From Squalus acanthias (lineage: Eukaryota), in contig CM059435.1 in the NCBI GenBank assembly GCA_030390025.1, forward strand, positions 70,184,001-70,248,000: a DNA stretch of 64,000 nt, read 5' to 3'. The position numbers and the translations under genes are program-made. Shown one piece after another: positions 1 through 12,777 of this stretch; within the stretch, counting starts at the first letter, position 1; every line of letters begins with the position of its first letter. The notes under the pieces are model-generated. The model was given only the letters and a program-made list of their open reading frames with translations. It made no database searches and had not been told where the DNA came from.

Positions 1-1140
1 TGCCAAGCTAGTTTAAACCCTCCCTAACAGCACTAGCAAACCTCCCCGCGAGAATATTGGTCCCGGCTCTGTTGAGGTGTATCCCGTCCGGCTTGAACAG
101 GTCCCACCTTCCCCAGAAATGGTCCCAATGCCTCAGGAATCTAAAGCCCTCCCTCCTGCACCATCTCTCCAGCCACGCATTCATCTATGCTATCCTCCTA
201 TTTCTGTACTCACTAGCACGTGGCACCGGGAGTAATCCAGAGATTACTACCTTTGAGGTCCTGCTTTTTAATCTCTCTCCTAGCTCCCTAAACTCTGCCT
301 GCAGGACCTCATCCCTCTTTCTGCCTGTCGTTGGTACCGATATGGACAACAACCTCTAGCTGTTCACCCTCCCTCCTCCGAGTGTCCTGCAGCCGCTCAA
401 TGACATCCTTGACCCTGGCACCAGGGAGGCAACGTACCATCCTGGAGTCACATCTGCGACCACAGAAACGCCTGTCTGTTCCCCTAACTATCGAATCCCC
501 TACCACTATTGCTCTTCCACTCTTTTTCCTCCCCGCCCCCCCACCCCGTGCAGCTGAGCCATCCATGGTGCCGTGGACTTGACTCTGGCTGCACTCCCCA
601 GAGGAACCATTGTCCCCCACCAGTACTCAGAACAGAATACTGGTTGGAGAGCGAGATGCACTTCGGGGACTCCTGCACTACCTGCCTGGTCCTCCTCTTC
701 TGTCTGGCGGTCACCCATTCCCTCTCTGCCTGCATACTCTTAAGCTGTGGGGTGACCACCTCCAGAAATGTGCTATCCACGTAACTCTCAGCCTCGCGGA
801 TGCACCATCTGCCACTCAAGCTCTGAAACATGAATCTCGAGTTGCCGTAGCTGGTGACCATTCCTGCACATGTGGTCGTCCAGGCTACGCGAAGCGTCCA
901 GGACTTCCCACATGGCGCAGGATGTGCACTCCACGGAACTTAGCTGCCCTGCAATGCCTCTATTTAATAGACTAAGAACTAACTTAGCAGAAATAAACTT
1001 AAAACTTAAAAAAAAACTCACCAGCTACTCACCAATCAGCTCCTTCCCTTGTGCCGACATCACTTTTTCTACTTTGACGTCATTCTTTCGGATTCTGCCT
1101 CTGTAGAGTTGCTGCCTCTCTCGCTCTGCTCCCGCCCAGG
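1..1140 (-). mobile_element. CR1 LINE 5' region with decayed ORF1 (Cys-rich N-terminus plus SGNH/GDSL esterase)
   Basis: Minus ORFs give VECTSCAMWEV (788-1021) and the esterase motifs AIVVGDSIVRG, VRCLPGARV and VHIGTND (309-620), spread over several frames. Confidence 0.85.
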
Positions 1141-1144
1141 TCCC

Positions 1145-1620
1145 ATAAGAAATAGGAGCAGGAGTAGGCCATTTGGCCCCTCGAGCCTACTCCGCCATTC
1201 AATAAGATCATGGCTAATCTTCTACCTCATCTCCACTTTCCTGCACTATCCCCATATCCCTTGATTCCCTTAATATCTATCAATCTCTGTCTTGAATATA
1301 CTCAACGACTGAGCCTCCACAGCCCTCTGGGGTGGAGAATTCCAAAGATTCATCACCCTCTGAATGAAGAAATTTCTCCTCATCTCAGTCCTAAATGGCC
1401 GACCCCTTATTCTGAGACTGTGACCCCTGGTTCTAGACTCCCCAGCCAGGGGAAACATCCTCCCTGCATCTACCCTGTCAAGCCCTGTAAGAATTTTGTA
1501 TGTTTCAATGAGATCACCTCTCATTCTTCTAAACTCTAGAGAATATAGGCCTAGTCTACTCAATCTCTCCTTACAGGACAATTCCCCCATCCCAGTAATC
1601 AGTCTGGTGAACCTTCGTTG
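1145..1620 (-). mobile_element. CR1 LINE 3' end fragment
   Basis: ORF2 C-terminus LGLYSLEFRRMRGDLIETYKIL...RTRGHSLRI...WNS, followed by the CR1 tail (plus-strand ataagaaataggagcaggagtaggcc). Confidence 0.92.
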
Positions 1621-1826
1621 GGCCTTTCTAGTCAAAACATTTACTTACACAGCATGTTTTCGAATATGTTTGCCCAAATAAAGGGGTATAATCTTTTTAC
1701 ATAAACAAATTGAAATATCTTATTAAGCACCAAAATGTTCAATCTTATTTCTAGCAGAACAGTAATGTTTAAAAACCACTGTCTAAAAAGAAAAAAAACA
1801 TGTTAAATATAATTTTGAACTTCTAG

Positions 1827-2507
1827 ATTGAAGAGACTGTAAAGGAAAGAGAGGAGCGATTAAAATCATGGGCGTCATTTTTGGAAGTTGACCCATCCAC
1901 AGTTAAGTCCTCTGATGAGCAGAAGACGACACAGGCAAGCAGCCAAGAGTCTGCGGAAATCTCGGCTCCTCCAGAGGATAGTACAAAACCATCAGAGGGC
2001 ACTGGAAAACTGTCAATGGACAGTGTAACACCTCCAAAGGACAATGGAAAACCATCAATGGACAGTGTAACACCTCCAAAAGACAATGGAAGACCACCAA
2101 TGAACAGTGCAACTCCTCCAAAGGACAATGGAAGACCACCAATGAACAGTGCAACTCCTCCAAAGGACAATGGAAGACCACCAATGAACAGTGCAACTCC
2201 TCCAAAGGACAATGGAAGACCACCAATGAACAGTGCAACTCCTCCAAAGGACAATGGAAGACCACCAATGAACAGTGCAACTCCTCCAAAGGACAATGGA
2301 AGACCACCAATGAACAGTGCAACTCCTCCAAAGGACAATGGAAGACCACCAATGAACAGTGCAACACCTCCAGAGGACAGTAAACTGCAAGATGTGATTG
2401 ATTCTGTGTCTGAAGTGGAAGAGGCTGAAGAAAATTGGAATGAAGAAAATCTATCAACAGACAGCAGCATCGGTGGAAGTGATAACGATGCAGAAGAGGA
2501 ACCATGA
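1827..2507 (+). CDS. Terminal coding exon of an unidentified gene; acidic, low-complexity C-terminus with tandem repeats
   Basis: Acceptor ttctAG at 1825-1826. Phase-0 frame IEETVKEREERLKSWASFLEVDP... stays open to TGA at 2505-2507. It is followed by largely repeat-free, AT-rich UTR-like sequence. Confidence 0.75.
   Translation: MEETVKEREERLKSWASFLEVDPSTVKSSDEQKTTQASSQESAEISAPPEDSTKPSEGTGKLSMDSVTPPKDNGKPSMDSVTPPKDNGRPPMNSATPPKDNGRPPMNSATPPKDNGRPPMNSATPPKDNGRPPMNSATPPKDNGRPPMNSATPPKDNGRPPMNSATPPKDNGRPPMNSATPPEDSKLQDVIDSVSEVEEAEENWNEENLSTDSSIGGSDNDAEEEP
2004..2381 (+). repeat. Coding minisatellite, 9 x 42 bp (14 aa, GRPPMNSATPPKDN)
   Basis: Unit ggaagaccaccaatgaacagtgcaactcctccaaaggacaat. Units 3-8 are identical; units 1, 2 and 9 are diverged. 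Confidence 0.97.
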
Positions 2508-5030
2508 ATTCTTAGTGGGACCCTGCTTTTAAATGACTGCTTAAAACTCATTTTTATGAGATTGTGAAACATGGTGGCTGAACCTCAGATGTGCACATTT
2601 TTTTAAACTTGCCTAATTGACAGAAGCTGTAAATTGAAAGAGGTTTTCTTTAATGTGGTTAACATTTGGCAACAAATATGCATTTGTGATAAACAATTGT
2701 ACCGTTGTATGCTAGGAGTATATTTGAGAGAAACTCATAACCATTCTACTGGTATCTAATCCAACTAATTTAATAGCCATCCACCTTTGTTAGAAATGCA
2801 TTTGGTGGGGTAGGGGGGTGGAATTTCAAACCTTTCTCTTGATTTTCTTTTGCAGTCTTCTCTTCCTTTCTCCCTTGCTGCCTGCAAAAAGCAGTGACTC
2901 GTCCTGGTGTACAGATCAGTGGGTGCAGGCCGTCGTTTGGCATATCATCCAAGTGACCATTTCTCATATGATGCTGTGCAGCGAATTTGACAAACTCTAA
3001 TCGTGTGGGACGTCCCAGTTGAGCGCAAAGCTGTCCCCGTGACATTCACCTGCGTCAATCAGCTGGAGTCACTGAATAGCAGTAAGAAGCAGGAACCATG
3101 GGTGATATTTCTCCCTTTACTTTCTTCCCCCCCCACCTCCCAAAAAAAAGTTGCGTTTATTGAGTTCCTGATGCTGCAAACATACGGAAATGACGGACAC
3201 TGGTCCGTCCAGCCTGTCCCACACAGTTGTGATGCCTTGTACATCACAATATAAACACTCCCCACCCCACCAGGTGCCATGTAATCTTCTGGGAGAGGCA
3301 AAGGAAACCGATTTTAAAACCCAGGCCAATTTAGTGGGGGTTACTCAATGAGGTAACGGTAACTGTTTCTACCTTGGCTCACAAGCAAGGTGAAATGGTG
3401 TACTTTGTGGCACACATTTTGGAGGGGGAATTCTGGAATGTAGGTGAGGCGACCGTAGGCATACACTTGTTAGAATTATTTCCAAGGTTAAAAGCTTACT
3501 TGTGATTCTACCTAGTGAAATTATTCTTTTTAACATAAACAAAAAGAGAAGCGTTGATATTTTTCCATGTTTTAACAGTGTACACCAGGTAAAAATTCAC
3601 CATTTGCTTAACAGGTGCCTAACTCCTGTATATATGTGGAGTAAACTGGGTAGGTAGCTGACTTCGCAAAGCAGAATAAACCATAATGGCTGTGGACCAT
3701 TCCTTTGGCTTGCATCTCGGGTAGGTACAGTGTGCTGTGCGGCATCTGAAAAGTCATTTTTTGATTTGATTTAAGTAAAAGTACATAAATGTATACGGGT
3801 GTGATGAATCTATCGATTCGACATGTTAATATTGGTAAGGTTCCAGAGTTTTTTTTTACTTGCTCAGAAACTGTCTATCTGTTTTCTGCAGAGAGATGCT
3901 TATTTCAACCACCCTAAAAATGATTAGAGAAATGATGTATTGTTTTAGGCCTTATGTCAGTGGATGAGTAGTTTTTTCTCATCGAAGTTCATATCTTTAT
4001 TCATTCTCATTAACTGAAATGAAGCTTTAGTGTCTTTTTTTTCTTTAAAAAGAAAGGCTCTATGGTACATGCAACTGAAATCATCCAATATCTCAATATT
4101 CCTGATTCTTTTGCGTGTTTATATATTTTGGAAAGGTTTCCTTCAGCACCTGTGAGCCCAACTTTAAGCAAATCTCTGATATTTCCATATAAAATTTAAA
4201 AGATTGTAATTTCATTCCTACTGTAAGTTCCCCAAACCATGTTTCCTTCTCTACAGTGTGTGTGTTTTTTTTGCTTGTAATTTATTTCTCTGTGAAGTGA
4301 GCACTTCACAAACTGCTCCTCGCTTCAGGCTTTTATCGCATGTGTCATCTGGGACAAGTTTGAATTTTTCTTTTTAACTATTGTTTTATTGAGATGCTAG
4401 GTGGGAACATGTTTAGTGTACCTGTTCCACGTGTGATCAGTCTCTATAAACTTGCTCCTGGCACTGTCTAAGTCGATCAGAACTTCAAAAAATAAGTCAT
4501 GGTGTGAAGAATTTTGAAATGTTTTGATAAGAAAGGCAATTTAAAAAAAAAAAGTTTTAATTCATAAATGGTCATTGTGAGGCATGGTCAACTTCTAGAA
4601 TAAAATCATATTGAAGAGGTTCTCGTAAAATATTCTTTAATTATTTGCAGTCTCTTAATTTGCTGAAGGAAAAATAACTCCTCAGGACGTATTGTGGCAC
4701 ATTTATTATAAAATGCAAGAACATTTTCTCGTGCATGTTAAGCTTGACTTTTGGGAGTTAGGATCATTAACATTTTGTTGTATCACTGTCAACTTTTCCC
4801 ACCCCTGTCTCACTAACATATTGCAGACTTTGTTTGCAGGTGGCAGGAATAGAAGATCCAGCTTCTGTTAGCATCAGTAGCTTTTCTGGATGATTTCTGG
4901 AATTTCACATGGCAAGTCAAGGCCGATCTGGTTTTCTTTGAATTCTGTACCTTCCGTAGTTAGGGATGAATGCCTGTTCTAGTTTTCTAATAAACTGAAA
5001 GGTTATCCTTTTATTAAAAATAAATAAATG
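2508..5030 (+). other. Probable 3' UTR of the + strand gene with candidate polyA signals
   Basis: T-rich, almost free of TEs. AATAAA at 3675, 4599, 4989 and 5019. The true end is unknown. Confidence 0.5.
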
Positions 5031-5874
5031 ACTGACTATGAACATTGACTTGGCTGATTGGAAAACTCCATCCACTATATTTCTCATCTTTCTCTGTTTT
5101 ATTTATAGCATTCGGTACTCTAAATTTTCCTGTCCTCCTTTCTTGGCTGCGAATATGCCGTCCTTCACAATCTTCCTCCTCCCTACATCCCCCTTGTTGA
5201 AAATGAGACTTGATGGTTTGATCTACCAAAACTCATTCTTTCCCAGGACCTCAACTGTGAAACTTGGTAACTTTCTATCTTTTCCTCCTCCTGCAGTCTT
5301 CGAACTTTTAACCCCTAAGCTGAACTAAAACCTCCCCATTACTCTTTGAATGACCTCCTCCTCCTCACTATTTTAACCTTCGTGCTATCCTGAACGATGG
5401 TACCTGATCTTGTGTTCTCAATTTATTTTTGTCAGATTTTTGCTTGGGGATTGTGGAGAGGTTAATATGGAGATCCGACAACCTGCCATTTGTTTTAACA
5501 GTAGAGGTTTTTAACACATTTTCTCAATTCATTCTTCCTCATAGTCTTTAAATGGAAGGGGTGACGGTACAATACTTGGGAATTGCATATTGACATCAAT
5601 TGTGGAAGTCTGACCTGATACAGAAGGACACTGTTCAGTCAGATCCTTAACCTCGATCCACTGAGCTTACAAGTTATGGCTTGGATGTTGAAGGAATACA
5701 TTGCCAAGAGTACAGACTTGGAAAATCTGGGCTCATGTCCAAACATTACCAATTAGGCTCTTACCACTGAGCAATTCTATGGAGCCACAACTCCCAACAG
5801 TTTCATATAGTAAGCAGAGTTCTTTTAAAATTGCGCCCTACTTTCTCCCCAACTCCACCCTTCATGAAATAGTA

Positions 5875-6915
5875 GACGAGGAAGGCTATTTGGCCCATCT
5901 TAGTTCATCTATACAGAAACTTTTTTTCCTCTTCCCACTGCAGTTTCCTAAATGATTTCAGGGTTTTTGCCATCTCTACTATATTTAAGAAATATTTGCA
6001 TGTATTGATCATTTTTTGGGCGAAAAGGAATGTCCTTCCATCAGCACCTGAATTTCTCTCTTACTAGTTTGAACCTATGTCTCCTTGTCCTATTCATAAT
6101 TTAGTTTAAAGTAATTTTTTGGATTTATCTTTTCCATACCGTTTACTATCTTACATACCTCTACAAGATCAGCTCTCAAACCCTTAGCAGGCTGAAAAGC
6201 TCAAGTTTCTCTAGTCTTTCCTCATAACTCAGTGCTTGAATATCTCTCCTGTGTCTCAATGATCAGAACTGTGCCTAATACACTAGATGCAATCTGACCA
6301 GAGCCATATAAAAATGAATTCTTCCGACTTCTACTCTACTGTTTTGGCCCTACATTTACATGTTTAGCAGCGAGACCCCTAGGTCTCTTTTCAATTCATC
6401 CTTAACAGTACTATTTATGGAGTATGTTGGTTTCCTACTTGTGCAGTTCCTTATACCTCTCTGCATTAAATTTCATCCGCCATTGCTCTGTTCACTTACA
6501 TATTTATCCAACTCATTTTGTAATTTCTTTGCTGCTGCCTTCGCTGAATCCATTGTCCCTCCTAGTTTGGTATCATCTGCAAATTTGATCAGTTTGTACT
6601 GAGTTTGTGAATCCAAGTCACAAACAATAATGGTGTCAACACTGAACCTAGGAGTGCCCCACTCAATACTTACCTGTCCACCGCACTGTGGCTCCTAACA
6701 AGTGCCCATTGTTTTCTAGCCTTCAGCCATTATCCATTTCCAAGATTTATCCTGAATCCACATAGCTTTGAGCACAATATAATATTTGAGCTGGGACTTC
6801 GTTATATGCCTTTAGGTACAACATATTTTAGGCTTTCCGCAGTCCATTTGGGATGCCACTTCCTCAAAAAAAAAATCAAGAAGGTTGGCCAGGCAGGATT
6901 TTGCCATTAAATCAA
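5875..6915 (-). mobile_element. Old, heavily diverged CR1-type LINE 3' portion
   Basis: Plus-strand ggtatcatctgcaaattt is the reverse complement of KFADDT. Other decayed CR1 ORF2 motifs and a CR1-like tail lie near 5880. Confidence 0.65.
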
Positions 6916-7440
6916 TGGGCTGCTAGAACTATTCCCCAGCATCTGAGAAAGGGATAAAAGAAAACCAAATAGATATATTCAGATTTCAAAATCAATGCAA
7001 CTCCAAAAGAAATTGAGTGAATATGAAGTGTTAAGTCTGGGACGAGGCTCCGCAGTGATCCCACAGGGGACATGATCTGGTCTCTGTGCTGAGTCTACAG
7101 GATTGCTGTGAGCTTTGCACTTATACTAGAGACTTCAAAGGTAATGGCTCATTCGTCTATTGTTGCGAGTCCTTGAGGTGGATTGGGTCTGCCTCTGGGA
7201 GTTGTTGAATGGGGGCTGGGAATGGCAGAAAATCCAGCTGCTATTAAAAAAGGGAAGTTAACTTTGTTGGTAGCAAGAGCATTACAGACAGTAAGTGCAT
7301 TGCTGGACAGCATTGACACTGCATCCTCAAAGAAGTCCTATATTCAATGATACAGCTGAATGGCCTACTCCGTCAAGAACTTAGGCCATTCAGCTTTTTC
7401 TGCTATTCAATTAAATCATGGCTGATCTGTACCTCAACTC

Positions 7441-10400
7441 CAAGGAACAGGTAAAACAAGGGTTGCACATAGGAGAGGCGCCCAGACTATGTGAAGAAGT
7501 GGCCCAAAGGGTCACCGTGGTGGTCTCACAATCAGTGTACCTGGCAGCGGATGAAGAAGCTTCATCGACCTCAGCAAATCTAAATGGTAAGACGATCCAG
7601 TATTTCTGCATACCAAGTAAACATGCAAATATGCATGCGGCAGAGAGTCACCCTGACTGAGGCCACATGCAAAGTACTCAAGCAACTTTACAATTTGTTC
7701 CTCGATTTAGCATAAGAAATAGGAGCAGGAGTAGGCCATTTGGCCCTTCGAGCCTGCTCCGCCATTCAATAAGATCATGGCTGATCTTCTACCTCATCTC
7801 CACTTTCCTGCACTATCCCCATATCCCTTGATTCCCTTAATATCCAAAAATCTATCGATCTCTGTCTTGAATATACTCAACGACTGAGCCTCCACAGCCC
7901 TCGGGTAGAGAATGCCAAAGATTCACCACCCTCTGAGTGAAGAAATTTCTCCTCTGTCCTAAATGGCCGACCCCTTATTCTGAGACTGTGACCCCTGGTT
8001 CTAGACTCCCCAGCCAGGGAAAACATCCACCCTGTCAAGTCCTGTAAGAATTGTGTTTGTTTCAATTAGATCACCTCTCATTCTTCTAAACTCTAGAGAA
8101 TATAGGCCTAGTCTACTCAATCTCTCCTCATAGGACAATCCCACCATCCCAGGAACCAGTCTGGTGAACCTTCGTTGCACTCTCTCTCTGGCAAGTATAT
8201 CCTTCCTTAGGTAAGGAGACCAAAACTGTATACAATACTCCAGGTGTGGTCAAACCAGGGCCCTATATAATTGCAGTAAGACTTCTTTACTCTTATACTC
8301 AAATCCTCTTCTAATAAAGGCCAACATACCATTTGCTTTCCTAATTGCTTGCTGTACCTGCATGTTAACTTTCAGTGATTTTTGTACAAGGACACCCAGG
8401 TCCCTCTGAACACCAACATTTCCCAATCTCTCACCATTTAAAAATTACTCTGTTTTCGATTTTTCCTACCAAAGTGGATAATTTCATATTTCTCCACATT
8501 ATATTCCATTTGCCATGTTCTTGCCCACTCACTTAGCCTATCTATATCCCCTTGAAGCCTCCTTGCATCCTCCTCACAACTTACATTCCCACCTAGCTTT
8601 GTATCATAAGCAAATTTGGATATATTACATTTGGTCCCCCTCATCCAAATCATTGATGTCAATTGTGAATAGCTGAGGCCCAAGCACTAATCCTTGCGGT
8701 ACCCCACTCGTTACAGCCTGCCAACCCAAAAATGACCCATTTATTCCTACTCTCTGTTTTCTGTCCATTAACCAATCCTCAATCCATGCTAGTATATTAC
8801 CCCCAATCCCATGAGCTCTAATTTTGTTTAATAACTTCTTGTGTGGCACTTTATCGAATGCCTTCTGAAAATCCAAATACACCACATCCACTGGTTCCCC
8901 CTTATCTATTCTGCTAGTTACAACCTCAAAACACTCCAACAGATTAGTCAAACACGATTTCCCTTTCATAAATCCATGTTGACTCTGCCCACGTCCTTAA
9001 TAATAGATTCTAGCATTTTCCCTACTACCGATGTCAGGCTAACAGTTCCCTGTTTTCTCTCCCTCCTTTCTTAAATAGTGGGGTTACATTTGCCACCTTC
9101 CAATCCGCGGGAACCGTTCTAGAATCTATGGAATTTTGGAAAATGACAACCAATTCATCCATCTCTATAGCCACCTCTTTCAAACCCCTAGGATGCAGGC
9201 CATCAGGTCCAGGAGATTTATTGGCTTTCAGTCCCATTAATTTCTCCAGTACAATTTTTTTTTTACTAATACTAATTTCTTTCAGATCCTCATTCTCGCT
9301 AGACCCTTGGTTCTCCACTATTTCCGGGAAGTTTTTTGCGTCTTCTTCCGTGAAGACAGACACAAAGTATTTGTTTAATTTCTCTGCCATTTCCTTATTC
9401 CCCATTATAATTTCTCCTGTCTCAACCTGTAAGGGACCCACATTTACTTTTGCTAATCTTTTCCCTTTTTACATACCTATGTAGCTTTTACAGTCTTTTT
9501 TTATGTCTCACTAGTTTACTCTCATTCTATTTTCCCTTTCTTTATCAATTTCTTGGTCCTCCTTTGCTGAATTCTAAAATCCTCCCAATCCTCAGGCTTT
9601 CTACTCTTTTTGGCAACATTATAAGTCTCTTCCTTTGATCTAATACTATCTTTAACTTCTCTTGTTAGCCACGGTTGGACCACTTTTCCTGTGGGGTTTT
9701 TGTGCCTTAAAGGAATGTATATTTGTTGTAAATTATGTATTAATTCTCTAATTGCTTCTCTGCCATCATACCTTTTAATGTAGTTTCCCAATCTACCTTG
9801 GCCAACTCGCCTCTCATACCAACGTAGTTTGCTTTGTTTAGATTTAAGACCCTAGTTTTGGATTTAACTAAATCACTTTCGAACTCGATATAAAATTCTA
9901 TCATATTATGGCCACTCTTCCCTAAAGGCCCCTTTACTACAGGGTTATTAATTAACCCTTTCTCATTGCAGTGGGGCAAACTTTCTAACTGCAAACTGGA
10001 ACTATTGCTATGCTAACATTGTAAAGGTGAACCCAGAAAGCAAGCTTGCAACTAAACCAAACTAAACAATGCATGTTTGTTCCCTGACCCCTGTGGAGCT
10101 GCAGCGTGGGCGCTTGAGTTGTTACTGTGTGTGCTCTTCAAGTTTCCAACATTTCAAAATGGCTTTTCTGTTTGCAGGACAATGCAGCACCCAACAATAG
10201 GGAACAATCCCATACAAAAGGCAGAAAAGTTCTGGGCCCTTCCTAAAGTACATTTGAGGATGTTACACTGGAGATCGTAGAATTTGTGATGATCATAGAG
10301 AAAGTGGGACAGGGTGAAGTCCAGGCCTCCCCCAACATCAAGGTTAGTACCATCCTTTACCTGTTCTTTCTCCCCAGCTCACTCTCTCACACACACAGAC

Positions 10401-10830
10401 ACACATTCAAGCAAGATACCTTGCACACAGTATATTACTGTGCAAGTAATATAGTAATGGTTGTTTTGCAGCCAACATTCTAAACCAGGTGAAGCACAGA
10501 GCGTGCGTGTGATGGAGCGCATGCTAGTGGCTAGTGCCAGCTCAAGTCTGTAGCTGCTGGACCCTGGAATTCAGACCTCCCAGGACACTAAATATGAAAG
10601 AAGATTGCTATATGAGCACAAGTATTTTTTTGCAGTCATTTGGGTTTGTCCACAGCACCATGCAAGGTGTGGAGGAGAACACATTGACTCCACTGTAGCA
10701 GTCCCTGAACTTCATAATGGACTACATTTCCAAGATCCTGTTTAGCAGATGCATGTAGTGCTGGGGGATCGGCTAGAGATAGCCTGTTATGGAGAGGTTC
10801 ACGGTGCTCTTGCTCTTCAGGTATTGCCAT
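7441..10830 (+). pseudogene. Relic Harbinger Myb/SANT-like gene: exon 1 about 7441-7586, exon 2 10178-10342, possible later exon from 10636; split by a CR1
   Basis: Exon 1 reads LCEEVAQRV..CTWQ..RSFIDLSKSK and ends at a GTAAG donor. Exon 2 (tttgcAG...AG|GTTAGT) reads DNAAPNNREQSHTKG...STFEDVTLEIV, matching EKVAHNRRQQELT...TPMEETMLAII at 60661-60820. Confidence 0.55.
7711..9970 (-). mobile_element. CR1 LINE, 5'-truncated, decayed ORF2 (RT)
   Basis: [41 protein letters not shown] and KFAYDTK motifs; 3' tail at 7711. Confidence 0.95.
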
Positions 10831-12115
10831 ACCTGACCGACTCAGCGCTCTGCCCACCCCCCAGGCCGTCGCAAGGAGTTAAGGGCCGACCATTTCCAAG
10901 AGACTCCTGCTCACACCCAACAGCCAGCCACCTCACGTTATTCCTGCCACGGGGGAAATCATCACTTGAATAGATTCTAGAAGATGATGTACTGTCAGCA
11001 AAGCACTGTATTGGAGTAAAACCCATGGGGTGGATAATACACAGTGGGTGCCAACTGTACTTCAGTGTATCGAGCATTCTTACTGCACCTGTCTTGACAG
11101 GTAGTTACAAAAATACTGTAATGTAAAGGAATCCAACCTGCCAGTGAAACATTACATGCGATATAAAGCACTTGTATCACATTAGTACTGGCTGTTCAAA
11201 ACACTATTAGCCGAGGGTGTCTCTGGAATGCTGAGCTGATTGGACCAAATTTTCCTCCACATCTATACTTCTCTTTGTGATCTTTGAGTATAATTAAGCC
11301 ATCATTTAGTGGCTATAGTACGGGACTGATTTAATGAGGTTAGTAGTATCTGCATTGACAGAATATTGCCACAAGATGGAGACCTGAGCACACTTATTAA
11401 ATGCAAATGATCACCTTTAACAATAGAACACAATTTTTCAAAATCATCGTTGGTTCAACTAATCTAATCAAAATCACCACCGTTGGTTTCCACTGTGCTA
11501 TTAACCACAGGAGGCTTCTACTCACTGCCCCTCTCTGCAAAGACACACTGAGGTTGGCAGAGTAAGACTTTCTCCTCCTTGGTCACCTCAAGGAACTCCC
11601 ACATGCCAAGGGCAACCAGCCGGACAAGACTGAGCAAACTGTACCTAGTGCTCCCACTCCAAGAGAACAGTTTGTAGCCCCCATGTCACAGAAGGTGGCG
11701 GACAGGGGGAAGGAGAGGGGAATCCAGCCAAATGCCATGTCAAGCAGAGTAAGAATGATCTTGCACTCACAGTGACAGCATAGAAAGCTGATACAGGATG
11801 CCTGGTCCAGCATATGGGAGCAGAGCAGCGTCCAAAACGGACGGAGAGACCCCAGAAAAAATGGCGCAAGTGGCTCACAGTGCTCTTGTCTGCCCCGCCC
11901 GCCAGGCCGCTAACACAACTGCTCACACCGTGGAGAAAACTTATACCACCATTGACAGTAAACCACAAATATTCTTCCTGTACATCAAGGGACACATCCA
12001 CCCAATAATCCTCAAAATACAGCGATCACGTATAGCTGTCGTACGCCTCAACTCCACGATGAATTCGAAGCTCACAAAGTGTTGGTGGGCAAGTACTGAC
12101 TGACTCTTTCTCTTC

Positions 12116-12460
12116 CAACAACAACATCTTGCATTTATATAGTACTTTAACATAGAAAAACGTCCCAAGGGGCTTCATGAGTGTAATCAGACATAAATTG
12201 ACACAGAGCCAAAGAAGGAGGCGTTAGGACAGGTGACCAAAGGCTTGGTCAAAGAGGTAGGTTTTAAGGAGCATCTTAAAGGAGGCAGGGTGGTTTAGGG
12301 AGGGAATTGCAGATCTGAAAGCTTAGACGGCTGAAGGCACAGCCGCCGGTGGTGGGGCAATGGAAGTAGGGGATGCAGAAGAGGTCAGAGTGGGAGGAAC
12401 GCAGAGTTCTCAGAGGATTCACGGGCTGGAGGAGGTTACAGAGATAGAAGGGAAGGGTGA
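12116..12460 (-). mobile_element. L2 LINE 3' end fragment
   Basis: LQPVNPLRTLRSS...GGCAFS...NSLP (L2 ORF2 C-terminus) and the tail ctatataaatgcaagatgttgttgtt. Confidence 0.8.
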
Positions 12461-12777
12461 TATTTGGATCAGCAAATGTATCTTTCATCCTGGAGTCCAT
12501 TGTTAGGCTAATGCTTCCATTACAGAACAACATATTCATTATATTATAATGCTAGCTTTCTAAAGAAAGAACTTGCATTTATAGAGTGCCTTTCGCTAAT
12601 AGCATGTTGTCACAATCTGGTGTTTGGATGATGCCCGGTACTGAAACATTAAGCATACTCTATCTGCAATAAGTACTGAATCAGCTGATTTCAACCACAG
12701 AATCAGTTGGGGTGCTATAAATGGTCTCCCTGTCCCAATGTTAGGGAGGGAGATAAAATCAGCAATCAGCCCTACTC

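Noticed and set aside
2004-2381. Regular repeat array as a CRISPR array
   Set aside because: Head-to-tail units with no unique spacers, in frame within a eukaryotic exon.
1823-2572. Minus-strand ORFs of 249, 200 and 111 aa
   Set aside because: Antisense shadows of the stop-free 42-bp repeat.
11580-12103. CpG-containing stretch with several overlapping ORFs
   Set aside because: No recognisable domain or consistent exon boundaries. Possibly an old LINE or DNA-transposon remnant, but I cannot support a call.
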